In this document: positions 29,401 through 38,148 of the stretch, in pieces
Numbering within the stretch: position 1 is the first letter of the stretch
Layout of the letters: the number at the start of each line of letters is the position of its first letter
Source of the DNA: Deltaproteobacteria bacterium
Lineage (GTDB): Bacteria > Myxococcota > Kuafuiibacteriia > Kuafuiibacteriales > Kuafuiibacteriaceae
DNA: 64,000 nt
Reading direction: 5' to 3'
Assembly: GCA_040218735.1 (NCBI GenBank)
Contig: JAVJQW010000003.1
Span: 32,001 to 96,000, forward strand
Position numbers and translations under genes: made by a program
Notes under the pieces: generated by a model
The model's database searches: none
Told to the model about the DNA's origin: nothing
What the model saw: only the letters and a program-made list of their open reading frames with translations

Positions 29401-30020
29401 CCGTCGTTGCCGGTGGCGTTCTCGATCGCGGTGGTCCCGCCGTTCTGCGGGTTCCAGCCGCTGTTGGGCCCGAACTGGATCTGCACCGCGTTGGTGCCCT
29501 CGTAGAGGCGCACTTGGAAGTTCACCTGCGCCGCCGACGCGGAGAAACCGACGAAGTCCTCGTACTGAATCTCCATCACGCGCGACCCGGCGGTGCCGGT
29601 GACGCGCGATCGAATGACGCCGTTCGGCTGCGCGGTGAGGTCGTGCCACATCACGCCGATGAAGTTGTGCACGAGGTTGCCGGGGCTCGGCACGACGGAG
29701 GGCTGTCGCAGCGGTCCGAGCAACGTGCCGGGCGGCGGCGAGAAGCTCAGCAGCCCGTTCGTGTACGCGTGCACCGTGTTGTAGGTCTGGCCGTAGAAAA
29801 TGAACGGGAACGGCAGCGCGATCGCGACCGAGCCTTCGTCCTCGGCGCCGAACGATCCGTACGCGACGGGCGTGTGCGTCGTCCCGCCCGTGAACGCGAC
29901 GTACGTGCCGGTGGAGTGCGAGACTTGGTAGGGGGTCTGGGCGAGCGCGTTCGCGCTCAGCGTGAGGGTCGCGAGGCCCGCCAGCGCGAGGCGGGCCATC
30001 CAGTGCGTTTCGAGGCTCAT
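26472..30020 (-). CDS. Unit A + junction of surface polyprotein 2 (head, 4 CARDB, 4 He_PIG, MYXO-CTERM, second signal peptide, start of unit B)
   Basis: Signal MARLALAGLATLTLSANALA-Q (start 30020 or 29999); IALPFPFIFYGQTYNTVHAYTNG; junction GCGCTTSRRSGAAAWGLLLLLVPLIRRRSWLGLLFVLFTSTASA-Q; stops about 40 residues into unit B. Confidence 0.85.
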   Translation of the reverse strand: MSLETHWMARLALAGLATLTLSANALAQTPYQVSHSTGTYVAFTGGTTHTPVAYGSFGAEDEGSVAIALPFPFIFYGQTYNTVHAYTNGLLSFSPPPGTLLGPLRQPSVVPSPGNLVHNFIGVMWHDLTAQPNGVIRSRVTGTAGSRVMEIQYEDFVGFSASAAQVNFQVRLYEGTNAVQIQFGPNSGWNPQNGGTTAIENATGNDGINLMSMSPTCGAACACLPSRCGTPNWVEGQTIDIQLPVAPELTGTITAPAGARPNQMFDVQVTIFNSGQQPVGPFQYGIYLAPTNTSTAGSAVLGTFGVAGLAAASSVQQTRTLTVPAGTALGEFYIALKVDIGNTVTEALEDNNRSFDGPFGTAPDLTGTILPPMDSGPGEPFNVNFSVRSDGAPVTGPIGVQLYLSPTQSFDMMTALPLGPASVTLPNGFRFNGTVTVTMPLNIPPSPPSYYAVAVLDDQDVQIELDEGNNVLVSATTVSVRGPDLVGVDFVGGDFGFRGETYPLSTEFRNAGGARATNFTVCVFLSDNQVISVATDDLILETAPMTLQANERRTLLLEPTIPPGTTPGTWYIAAVYDCQDSVPESLETNNTEVRPQTIEVRDPSPDLVPLTVDTVSSAVAGETTPVSVTYANLGNASGDATLRIVLSTNPGITTDDLTLFETAMPVTLDPSDIDTVAEWIPLPADTPSGTYYIGAIVDPDDVADETFEQNNTLASASIVIEGTDLAVVSAPPPNAVFGVPYARRFAAVGGSDPYTWSIDWGGGQPPAGLTFEAATAEISGTPAMSAEGSHPFDITVTSGDLFATRSYTLIVSGPTIPLTLVSSRLPPALALERYFVELVAVGGNPPYVWRSIDPLPFGLALDSDGILGGEPQLINAFNFEISVTDANGTTVRGTLSLDVVDARTSVSIQQADVAGGIVGMPYTFEFTAVGGGTPYTWRIDGEVPGLTFDDNGALFTGTPTTAGDYPLLVEVRDTAGLIDRNAYVLEVSPEGVLRIVTGTDADSALPEATLNQPYAAEGGEAVRLRASATDVTWSVVLGELPPGLTLEASTGIIGGTPTEAGSYAFVAFARTDANDTRRQALAIVVRDPNADTTGPGGDGCGCTTSRRSGAAAWGLLLLLVPLIRRRSWLGLLFVLFTSTASAQTPYQVLTEPEPYVHLGPGAVEMVPGLGDGQTEPIQLPFR

Positions 30021-30043
30021 CGGGGTGTCTCTTCGTTTCGCGG

Positions 30044-33000
30044 CTACAAACACTCGGCGCGGTAGGTGATGACGATCTCGGAACCGGGTTCGGGGATCGC
30101 GAGCGGCGCGAAGTTCAGGCTGTTGGTCATGTCGTCGTAGGTCCAGCGGACCTGCCCGGTCATCGAGGTCGCCGCGACGGGCACGCCGTCGATCAGCACC
30201 TGCACCGACGCGGGGATCGGTTGGTTGGAGAGGAAGAAGCGCGACTTGTAGCCGAAGACGGACAGGCCGAGGTTCTCCAGCGCGACCGCCCAGTCCGTCG
30301 TGCAGATCGACTCGACGACGCCGCCGGTCTGCTGCGCGGTGTCGACGTACCGGAAGCCGGGGTCACCGCTGGCGCACCCGTTGGGGACGTCGCCGACGAT
30401 CGCCGAGGCCGAGAACAGGTTGGTGTTCCTGAAGCCCTTGATGGCGCGGAAGTAGTTCACGAAGAAGTCGACGGTGTTCAGCGACTGGTCGTCCTCGTCG
30501 GCGATGAAGATCAGCGCGAGGTACGCGTCGGGGCGGAGGAAGCCGGCGTTCCACCCGGTGATGCGCGGGCTCGACAGTGCGTTGTACGCCGCCTGCAACC
30601 CGCGCTCGGCACCCGAGCCGTTGATGCCCTGCGTGGCGATCGCCCGGAACGCCGCCGCGGGGGACGGCTGCTCGTCCGGCGTGATCAGGCGCCAGTCGGG
30701 ATCGGTCTGCCCGGACGCGCTGCCGTCCGCGAAGTAACCGCAGCGGCCCTGCGCCATCCCCGGCGGCCGGTCGGCCGGCGGCGGGTTCGGGCAGGCGTCG
30801 CCGTCGGTCGAGACCACGGCGATGCGGTAGTCGAGCGCCTGCGCTTCGGCGAACGCGATGAAGCTGTCGAAGTTCTGCGTGAGGCTCGCCTGCTCCGCAG
30901 ACATCGAGCAGGAGTTGTCGATGACGAAGAGGATGTCGACCTCCGGCGTCTCGAGCTGCTCGAAGTGATCCTCGTTCGTCGCGACCTTCGCGCCTTCGCC
31001 GAACAGCGGGACGACGTAGGGCGTCGTCGCGCCCGACTCGTAGAGGTGGAAGTAACCGGTGTCGGCGCCGATCGCGCTCGGCGCGTAGCGCACCGACAGC
31101 TCGATCGAAGCGCCCGGCGCGATGGGCGCCCCCGGCGGGCCCGGCACGCCGGCCGGGATGTTCTCGATGATGAACTCACTCGTGACGCCGGGCGGGAGCT
31201 CGATGCGATCGATGTACGTGTTGGTCGCGCCGGTGTTGTAGACCGTGACGGTGCGCGCGCGCGTGGAGCAGCCGGGCTCGACGAGGCCGAAGTCGATCTC
31301 GTTGGGCGAGATCAGCAGCACGGACTCGGCGCCCTCTCCACTCAAGGCAACGCGCGGGTTCGAGTCGTTCGGGTCCGAGATGTAGAAGCCGAGCTCCCCG
31401 GTGTGATTGCCGACGTCGCGCGGCGTGTAGTCGACGAGCACCGTGAGCGTCTCGCCCGCGGCGAGCGTGAGGCTCGCGGGCGGTGCTTCGATCAGCGAGA
31501 AGGAGCGGTCCGAACCGGCGAGGACCTCGACGTCGCTGACCAGGCAGTCGTCGGTCCCGACGTTCTGCACGCGGAGCCCCTGCGGGATGCTGCGGAGCAC
31601 CTCCACGACACCGAACCCGAGCTGCGTCGGCGCGACGGTGTACTGACACGGCGGGAGCACGACGCCCTCCCCGCTCAGTGGGATGGTGACGACCGGCTCG
31701 TCGGCGTCGTCGCTCTCGATCACGAGCTCGGAGTCGATCACCCCTGCGTCCGTGACGGTGAGCGTGACCTCGACGAACTCGGCGCCGCCCGGCGGGATGG
31801 TGAGCGTGGTCTGGTCGGCGACGAAGAGGCCCGTTCCGGACGCGTCGGGATCGATGCGCGACACCGAGAGGTCGTCGAAGCCGAGGTTGGTCACGAGCAC
31901 GCGGCGTTTCTTCGCGGTGCCGACGGCGACCTGTCCGAACGCGAGGGTGTCCGGCGTGACGACGATGTTCGGACCGCCCGCCTCGCCGACCAGCGTGACG
32001 CGGGTGTCGTCGAGGTTGCGCTGCGCCTGCGGGTTGCTGCCCTTGATGAGCAACGCGCCGGTCGGCGACCGACCGACGTCCGCCTGCGTGGGTGAGAACG
32101 ACAGCGCGATCGAGAAGGTCTCGTTCGGCGGAAGCGTGCGCGCTTGGCCGGAGGAGGACACGACGCCGTACGCGCTCGCGGTGCCGGGCGCGAGCTCCCA
32201 GGACAGGAGCGTCACCGGTTCGTTGGCGATGTTCGCGCACGCGACCGTCCCGGTCACGGTGGCGCCCGGGTTGACCTGGCCGAAGTCGAGCGACGGCGGC
32301 GTGCAGGCGATCGCTTCGTTGGTGCCACGACCGACGAGCGGGACGTCGAGGTTGCACAGCGGACGATCGCAGTTGCCGATCGTCCAGCGGCCCATGTCTT
32401 CGCGATCACCCTGCGCGGGGTCCGGGACGTAGCGGAGCACCACGACGATGTTCTCGTCGGGCTCGAGCATCTCGCCCTCGGGGAGGAGCGAGCGCGAGCC
32501 CGGCTCGAGCTGCGGCGACATGAGCTCGAAGCGTCCGAGGCCGCCCTGGTTCACGAGCAGCGCGCGGCCGTCTTCGTCGACCTCCGTGAACAGCGGCGTC
32601 GCGACGGAGAGGCGGTTGTAGATCTCCACGCTGAGGGTGCGCGCCGATCCGATCAACACGTTGCCGAAGTCGATCGGGTTCGGGACGACCTCGATGCCGT
32701 GACGCACGCCGCGCGCGACGAGGTCGACGTCGCGCTCGATCGGCTGGCCGTTGTTGGTGGCGTTCGTGACGATCTTCAGCGAAGAGCGGACCAGGCCCTC
32801 GGTCGCGACGAAGGGGAGGAAGCGCACGGTGACCTCTTGGGTCTGGTCGGGTGCGAGTGTGAAGTTGACCGGGCTGACCGCGAACTCGTGGCCCTCGCCG
32901 GCGAAGTTGTTGCCGCGCTCGATGTCGGTGACCGTGAGGACACCGTCGCCGCTGTTGCGGACCATCAGGGCGTAGGGTTGGTCGATGCCGATCTGGACGT

Positions 33001-33139
33001 CGCCGAAGTCGACGGTCTCTTCGACCTCGAGATCGGGTTGGACGGCGTCGATGGACGTGCCGTCGCTGCACGCGAGCACCGCGGAAGCGATGGCGCCTAT
33101 GAGAAGGTGGGCGCCCCTCGATCGCCCGCGCTCGATCAT
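30044..33139 (-). CDS. Lipoprotein with about 6 ASH/choice-of-anchor-D domains and a C-terminal von Willebrand A domain
   Basis: GGAAAGG RBS; AIASAVLA-C lipobox; repeated (V/I/L)DFG domains; MIDAS motif DILFVIDNSCSM, DYRIAVVSTD, FLRPDAYLALIFIADEDDQS. Confidence 0.85.
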   Translation of the reverse strand: MIERGRSRGAHLLIGAIASAVLACSDGTSIDAVQPDLEVEETVDFGDVQIGIDQPYALMVRNSGDGVLTVTDIERGNNFAGEGHEFAVSPVNFTLAPDQTQEVTVRFLPFVATEGLVRSSLKIVTNATNNGQPIERDVDLVARGVRHGIEVVPNPIDFGNVLIGSARTLSVEIYNRLSVATPLFTEVDEDGRALLVNQGGLGRFELMSPQLEPGSRSLLPEGEMLEPDENIVVVLRYVPDPAQGDREDMGRWTIGNCDRPLCNLDVPLVGRGTNEAIACTPPSLDFGQVNPGATVTGTVACANIANEPVTLLSWELAPGTASAYGVVSSSGQARTLPPNETFSIALSFSPTQADVGRSPTGALLIKGSNPQAQRNLDDTRVTLVGEAGGPNIVVTPDTLAFGQVAVGTAKKRRVLVTNLGFDDLSVSRIDPDASGTGLFVADQTTLTIPPGGAEFVEVTLTVTDAGVIDSELVIESDDADEPVVTIPLSGEGVVLPPCQYTVAPTQLGFGVVEVLRSIPQGLRVQNVGTDDCLVSDVEVLAGSDRSFSLIEAPPASLTLAAGETLTVLVDYTPRDVGNHTGELGFYISDPNDSNPRVALSGEGAESVLLISPNEIDFGLVEPGCSTRARTVTVYNTGATNTYIDRIELPPGVTSEFIIENIPAGVPGPPGAPIAPGASIELSVRYAPSAIGADTGYFHLYESGATTPYVVPLFGEGAKVATNEDHFEQLETPEVDILFVIDNSCSMSAEQASLTQNFDSFIAFAEAQALDYRIAVVSTDGDACPNPPPADRPPGMAQGRCGYFADGSASGQTDPDWRLITPDEQPSPAAAFRAIATQGINGSGAERGLQAAYNALSSPRITGWNAGFLRPDAYLALIFIADEDDQSLNTVDFFVNYFRAIKGFRNTNLFSASAIVGDVPNGCASGDPGFRYVDTAQQTGGVVESICTTDWAVALENLGLSVFGYKSRFFLSNQPIPASVQVLIDGVPVAATSMTGQVRWTYDDMTNSLNFAPLAIPEPGSEIVITYRAECL

Positions 33140-33227
33140 CCGATTACGACCTTTCCGTGTTCGTCCCCAAGTCCTCGTCGGCGAACCGACCCCCAGCCGC
33201 GAGGATGACCGGCGGCCCAAACCGGGG

Positions 33228-34544
33228 TCAACCCTCCGAACGTCCGGACGCGAGGACCTGGACCCGCAAAACGGTCCGGCTTCCGGGGGGTTCGCCGATG
33301 AGAAGGAGCTGGTCGCCGAGGAGGACGAGGCGCTGGATGCGCGGGGCGGTCGCGACGGGCAGTCGCGTCGCACAGAAGCCGTGGTCCACGACGTAGGCCT
33401 GCAGCTCGCCGGAGATGGTGCCGTAGATCGCGGTGTCGGCGCGGTAGCGGATCAGATCCCCCGGGAACGCGAGCTCGGGGGCGCCGAGCGAGAGGAGCTC
33501 GCCGCCGGTGTACTGGAACGCGTCGGAGCCCTCGTAGACCGCGAAGATGCCGAACGCGTCGAGCTCGACCATCGCGAACATCCCGCGGGTGTCGGCGAGG
33601 GTGCTGTGCTGATCGATGAGCTGGGCGTCGCGGTAGACGTCGAAGTCGAGCAGGCCCGGCGGCGAGTACGCGACGTGGCGCGGTCCGAGGCGAAGCACCG
33701 CGGCGCGTTGCGCGCTGCCGTCGGGGCGACCGTGTTGCGCCCACTGTTCGAAGTCTTCGCCGACGGCGTGCATCAGCGCGCCTTCGTCGGACGCGAAGAA
33801 GAGGTCGTCGGCGCGCCCCGCGATCGAGACGATGTTGCCGCTCGGGACGGTCGCGGTCTGCACGAAGTCGCCGGCCGCGGTGCCGCGGTACAACGCGGCG
33901 TTGGAGCTCAGCCAGATGTCTTCGCCGTCGACGTGGATCGCGTCGGGGTTGCGTCCGAAGTCGAAGCCGACCTCGGTCGCCGATTCGGCGGTGAGCCAGT
34001 ATCCCGTGCCGCGTTCTTCGTCGCTCGGGCCGGCGAAGAGGAGCGCTTGCGTTTCGTCGACCGCGGCGACGACGAAGACGTGTCGACGATTCGGGATGTC
34101 GAACTCACGCACGACCTCGAACGTCGGGCAGACACACGGGCCGGCGTAGCGAAACGCGGACACGACATCACCGAGCGGACCTTCCTCCCAACCGTTCGTG
34201 CGCGCGCCCTCCGCGCTGAAGCGAAACACACGCGACGCGGCGGGGAGCGGCGCCGCGCCGCAGACTTCGGACGACACAGATTCGAGTCGGCCCGTTCGTA
34301 GTCCGAGCTGTTCGACGGAGGCGTCGTAGAGGAGCGCGGTGCCCGCGATGCGTTCGGCGTCGAGCTCGGCGTCGAACACAAACGCGTCGACCGAGAGATC
34401 GTGCACGTCGATGACGAGCGTGCCGTCGGTTTCGAGCGCGAAGATCAGCGTTTGGTGTTCTTCGATCGTCGGCGGTGGCTCGAGATAGATCGACGATCCA
34501 CTGCACGCGGCAACGACGACGAACGACATCGCAGCCCAACGCAC
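33228..34544 (-). CDS. Hypothetical lipoprotein (probable beta-propeller C-terminal half)
   Basis: VRWAAMSFVVVAA-C lipobox; long ORF with GC3 bias; start 34544 (GTG) or 34529. Confidence 0.65.
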   Translation of the reverse strand: MRWAAMSFVVVAACSGSSIYLEPPPTIEEHQTLIFALETDGTLVIDVHDLSVDAFVFDAELDAERIAGTALLYDASVEQLGLRTGRLESVSSEVCGAAPLPAASRVFRFSAEGARTNGWEEGPLGDVVSAFRYAGPCVCPTFEVVREFDIPNRRHVFVVAAVDETQALLFAGPSDEERGTGYWLTAESATEVGFDFGRNPDAIHVDGEDIWLSSNAALYRGTAAGDFVQTATVPSGNIVSIAGRADDLFFASDEGALMHAVGEDFEQWAQHGRPDGSAQRAAVLRLGPRHVAYSPPGLLDFDVYRDAQLIDQHSTLADTRGMFAMVELDAFGIFAVYEGSDAFQYTGGELLSLGAPELAFPGDLIRYRADTAIYGTISGELQAYVVDHGFCATRLPVATAPRIQRLVLLGDQLLLIGEPPGSRTVLRVQVLASGRSEG

Positions 34545-34641
34545 GTCTGCATCGTACAGTCGGCGATCGCAGATCGCGACATCTCTGTCAGGGTGTCGAT
34601 TCTTTTCACCGGTTCTCTGAAACGCTTCGTATAGGCCGAAC

Positions 34642-36285
34642 ATGAAGCGTACAGCGATGTGGATCGCGGCACCGGCGTTGGTCGTCGGCGTCGCGTACGG
34701 AACGGATGCGATCGCGTGTGGCTGCTTTGCACGGCCCGCGCCGGACGTCGACATCCTGCAGGCCGGGGAGCTTGTCGTGTTCGCGGAGCGCGACGGCAAG
34801 GTGACCATGCAGGTGCAGATCTCTTATTCGGGGCCCGCGGAGAACTTCGCGTGGCTGTTGCCGGTGCCGGCGGAGCCGGAGCTTTCGATCGGCGCGGAGG
34901 AGCTCTTCCTCGAGCTCGACCGACGCACGCAGCCGACGTTCAACGCGCAGATCCAGTTTGCGCAGAACTGCGGCGGTGCGAACGCGCGAGACGCGGCCGC
35001 GGCGCGCACGCTCGACGGCGGCGTGCAGTCGCCGCCCGCGCCGGAGATCGAGGTGTCGCGCCAATTCGTCGGGCCGTACGAAGCGGTCGTCGTCGACGCG
35101 AGCAACCGCGAAGACCTCACGGCGTGGCTCAACGCCAACGGCTTCTTCGTCGCGGACCCGGACGGCACGGCGCTCGAGCCCTACGTGCGCCCCGGTGCGT
35201 ACTTCCTCGCGCTGAAGCTGCAGTCGGATCGTTCGTCGGGTGACATCGCGCCGATCGTCATGGAGTTCGACGCGGCGATGCCGATGATTCCGATCTCCCT
35301 CACGCGCGTCGGCGCGACGCCCGACATGCCGATCTACGTCTGGGTCCTCGGCGAAGCGCGCGCGATCCCGCGCAACTTCCGGAATGTCGTCATCAACATG
35401 GAGCACATCGATTGGCTCCGCGGCGGCAGCAACTACCAACGCGTCGTCACCCGCGCCGTGGACGAGGCGGAGGGGCACCACGCCTTCGTCACGGAGTTCG
35501 CCGGCAGGACGTCGCAGTTCGACTGGACGCTCGCGCCGATCGGGCGCTTCGGATCCAGCGAGACGCTCGAGACCGTGACGGACGCCGCCGACTTCACGAC
35601 CGAGCTCCGCCGCAGGAACTTCCCGTGGCGCGATCGCATGGTGAACATCCTGCGCGACACGTTCCCGTTCCCGCCCGGCGTCGCGAGCGCTGGCGTCCCG
35701 GAGAACATCTACTACGCGGGCCTCGACTTCTACCTCACGACCTACCGCGAGCAGTTCCCGGAGCAGTTCGAGGGGGCGGACTTCTCGTTCGATCCCGTCG
35801 AGCTGACGGCGCTCCTGTGGGAGGCGATCGTGCAGCCGATGAAGGACGGCCAGGCGCTCCTCGACGCTCACCCTCACCTCACGCGTATGTTCACGACGCT
35901 GTCGCCCGACGAGATGTCGCTCGACCCGGCGTTCAGCTTCAACCCGGACCTTCCGGACGTCTCCAACGTCCACACCGCCGAGGTGACGCTCGAGTGCGAC
36001 GGCACCGGCGAGGTCGTCCTCCCCGACGGTCGCGTGCGTTCGGTCGACGAGGTCGGCGACGCCGCAATCGATCGCGCGCCCGCCACGCGACGGATCGAGA
36101 TCCTGATGGAGGAAGGCCCGGCGCAGGTGGAGGTCGACAACGAGATGGCGCTGATGCCGATGAACACGTTGGACGGCTCCTCGCTGAACCGATCGTGCGG
36201 GTGCTCGGCGACGAGCGCGAGCGGCGGCGGCGGTGCGCTCTTGCTCCTGCTGGTCATGGGTCTGGTGGTCCGACGACGGCGCTGA
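34642..36285 (+). CDS. DUF2330-like protein with MYXO-CTERM
   Basis: IACGCF...QAGE...QISYSGPAENFAWLLPVP...ELF.EL...TQP, VGPYEAVV, WLNANG, MIPISLTRVGA; C-terminus SCGC...LLLLLVMGLVVRRRR. Confidence 0.8.
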   Translation: MKRTAMWIAAPALVVGVAYGTDAIACGCFARPAPDVDILQAGELVVFAERDGKVTMQVQISYSGPAENFAWLLPVPAEPELSIGAEELFLELDRRTQPTFNAQIQFAQNCGGANARDAAAARTLDGGVQSPPAPEIEVSRQFVGPYEAVVVDASNREDLTAWLNANGFFVADPDGTALEPYVRPGAYFLALKLQSDRSSGDIAPIVMEFDAAMPMIPISLTRVGATPDMPIYVWVLGEARAIPRNFRNVVINMEHIDWLRGGSNYQRVVTRAVDEAEGHHAFVTEFAGRTSQFDWTLAPIGRFGSSETLETVTDAADFTTELRRRNFPWRDRMVNILRDTFPFPPGVASAGVPENIYYAGLDFYLTTYREQFPEQFEGADFSFDPVELTALLWEAIVQPMKDGQALLDAHPHLTRMFTTLSPDEMSLDPAFSFNPDLPDVSNVHTAEVTLECDGTGEVVLPDGRVRSVDEVGDAAIDRAPATRRIEILMEEGPAQVEVDNEMALMPMNTLDGSSLNRSCGCSATSASGGGGALLLLLVMGLVVRRRR

Positions 36286-36321
36286 AGTGATCACCCCGGC
36301 GAGGGGTGTTAGGACGCGGTC

Positions 36322-38130
36322 ATGCGATCCGCACGGCCGACCTGGCTCCTCGTCCTCACCCTCGCCGGCTGCTCGGATTTGGGGCCCGAGACGCAGACTT
36401 CGGGCGCCCCGCTCCTCGCCACGTCTTGTGACGACACCCCCGCCTTCAATCCCCTCGGCAGCGCATCGAGCCCCGAAGCCCTTGTGAGCTCCGCGGACGG
36501 CTCGGTCGTCGCGTTCACGCTCCCCGACGGCGCCGGCGGCCTCGACGTCTTCGTGCGCGACCTCGCGGCCGAGACGCAGGTCGCGCTCGGGACGGCGGCC
36601 GACCCGTCGTACCTCGACATCAGCAGCGACGGGGAGATCGTCGTGTTCCAGTACGCCGTGCTCCCGAGCATCGATCGCGCGCGGATCTTCCGCCGCGACG
36701 GGACCGAGCTCGCCGAGCTGATCATGGGCAAACCGCGGTTGTCGGCGGACGGCGGCCGCGTCGCGGTCGAGAACTACAACGGCGACATCTACTCCGTTGC
36801 GGTGCCCTCCCAGCCGGCGGGGTTCATCTACTCGGTGGACCCCGAGGGGCTCAACGGGGAGCTGCTGCACCTCTCCGCCGACGCTCGCTATCTGATGTAT
36901 CGGCCGAGCCCGGTCGCGCCCGTCGAGCGCGTCGACCGCACCACCGGCGCCATCGTCACGACGGTCGACGCGGGCCCCATTTCCTTGGCCTTCAGCGCAG
37001 ACGGCTCGAAGTTCGTGTACCGCCCGAACAGTGGACTCGGGCTGGCCGTCTACGACATCGACAGCGGCGAGCAGACGACGCTCACGAGCGGCGGCTGGGG
37101 CGACCTCGCGATCAGCGACGACGGGACCTACGCGTTCAGCGACACCGACGAACACCTCGACCCGTACCTTCACGTCGACTGGGCGCACATCTACGCGTTC
37201 AACCTCGAGACGCTGGACGTCGGTTTGATCGAGGCCGACCGCTTCGCGATCGGTCGCATCACGATGAGCGGCGACGGTCGCTTCCTCATCTACGTTACGA
37301 ACGAATCACTCGACCCGGCGGATACCAACGCGACCTACGACCTCTACGTCCAGAGCAACCCCACGCAGTGCGCGGCGTCGGCAACCTACCTTGCGCAGTA
37401 CGCCGCGCCCGGATGTGACGAGCCGGCCGCCAGCTGCGACACCGGCACGCTGGTGGAGAGCCGCGGCAACATCGGGCCGGAGCTCAACGCCCCCAACACT
37501 CTCTTCAACACGTGTCTGGACGGCAACGGCGCGGGGACCCACGCAAACGAATCCATCGAGCGCATCGTGGTGCGGTCGCCAAACGGCGCCAACATCGCGC
37601 CGTACACGGCGCTGGAGATCGATGTGACCACCAAGGCGTACGGCAACGGGACCTCCGACTTCCTCGACGTCTACTACACGGACGACATCTGGCTCGCCGA
37701 CTGGGAACACGTCGGGACGCTGCAGGGCATCGTGGGGGGCGAGCACACGTACTCGATGCAGCACTTCATCCGGACCGGGAACCAGCTCCACGCGTTCCGC
37801 GCGCAGTGGCGATACATGGGCGGCCTCACCCCCCCGGGGCCCTGCTCGCAGGGGTACTACACGGATCACGACGATCTGATCTTTTCAGTGGAACGGGCGA
37901 CGAGCTGGCAGAATCCGCACCTCCAGCACGACGTCAACGACGACGGCACCGTCTCCCCGCTCGACGCGCTCGTCGTGATCAACAAACTCGGCGCGGGCGG
38001 CACCTCGCTGCTCCCGCCGATCTACGGCAACGTCGGCCCGCCGCCCTACTACGACGTCAACGGCGACGGACACGTCACCTCGAGCGACGCGCTCGCGGTG
38101 ATCAACTACCTCGAGCAGCAGCAGAACTAG
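36322..38130 (+). CDS. Lipoprotein: TolB-like beta-propeller, Cys-containing beta domain and C-terminal dockerin type I-like domain
   Basis: LTLAG-C; repeated SADG/SSDG/SGDG blades; paired EF-hand-like DVNDDGTVSPLDALVVIN and DVNGDGHVTSSDALAVIN. Confidence 0.8.
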   Translation: MRSARPTWLLVLTLAGCSDLGPETQTSGAPLLATSCDDTPAFNPLGSASSPEALVSSADGSVVAFTLPDGAGGLDVFVRDLAAETQVALGTAADPSYLDISSDGEIVVFQYAVLPSIDRARIFRRDGTELAELIMGKPRLSADGGRVAVENYNGDIYSVAVPSQPAGFIYSVDPEGLNGELLHLSADARYLMYRPSPVAPVERVDRTTGAIVTTVDAGPISLAFSADGSKFVYRPNSGLGLAVYDIDSGEQTTLTSGGWGDLAISDDGTYAFSDTDEHLDPYLHVDWAHIYAFNLETLDVGLIEADRFAIGRITMSGDGRFLIYVTNESLDPADTNATYDLYVQSNPTQCAASATYLAQYAAPGCDEPAASCDTGTLVESRGNIGPELNAPNTLFNTCLDGNGAGTHANESIERIVVRSPNGANIAPYTALEIDVTTKAYGNGTSDFLDVYYTDDIWLADWEHVGTLQGIVGGEHTYSMQHFIRTGNQLHAFRAQWRYMGGLTPPGPCSQGYYTDHDDLIFSVERATSWQNPHLQHDVNDDGTVSPLDALVVINKLGAGGTSLLPPIYGNVGPPPYYDVNGDGHVTSSDALAVINYLEQQQN

Positions 38131-38148
38131 AGCCCGGCCGAAACGGGC

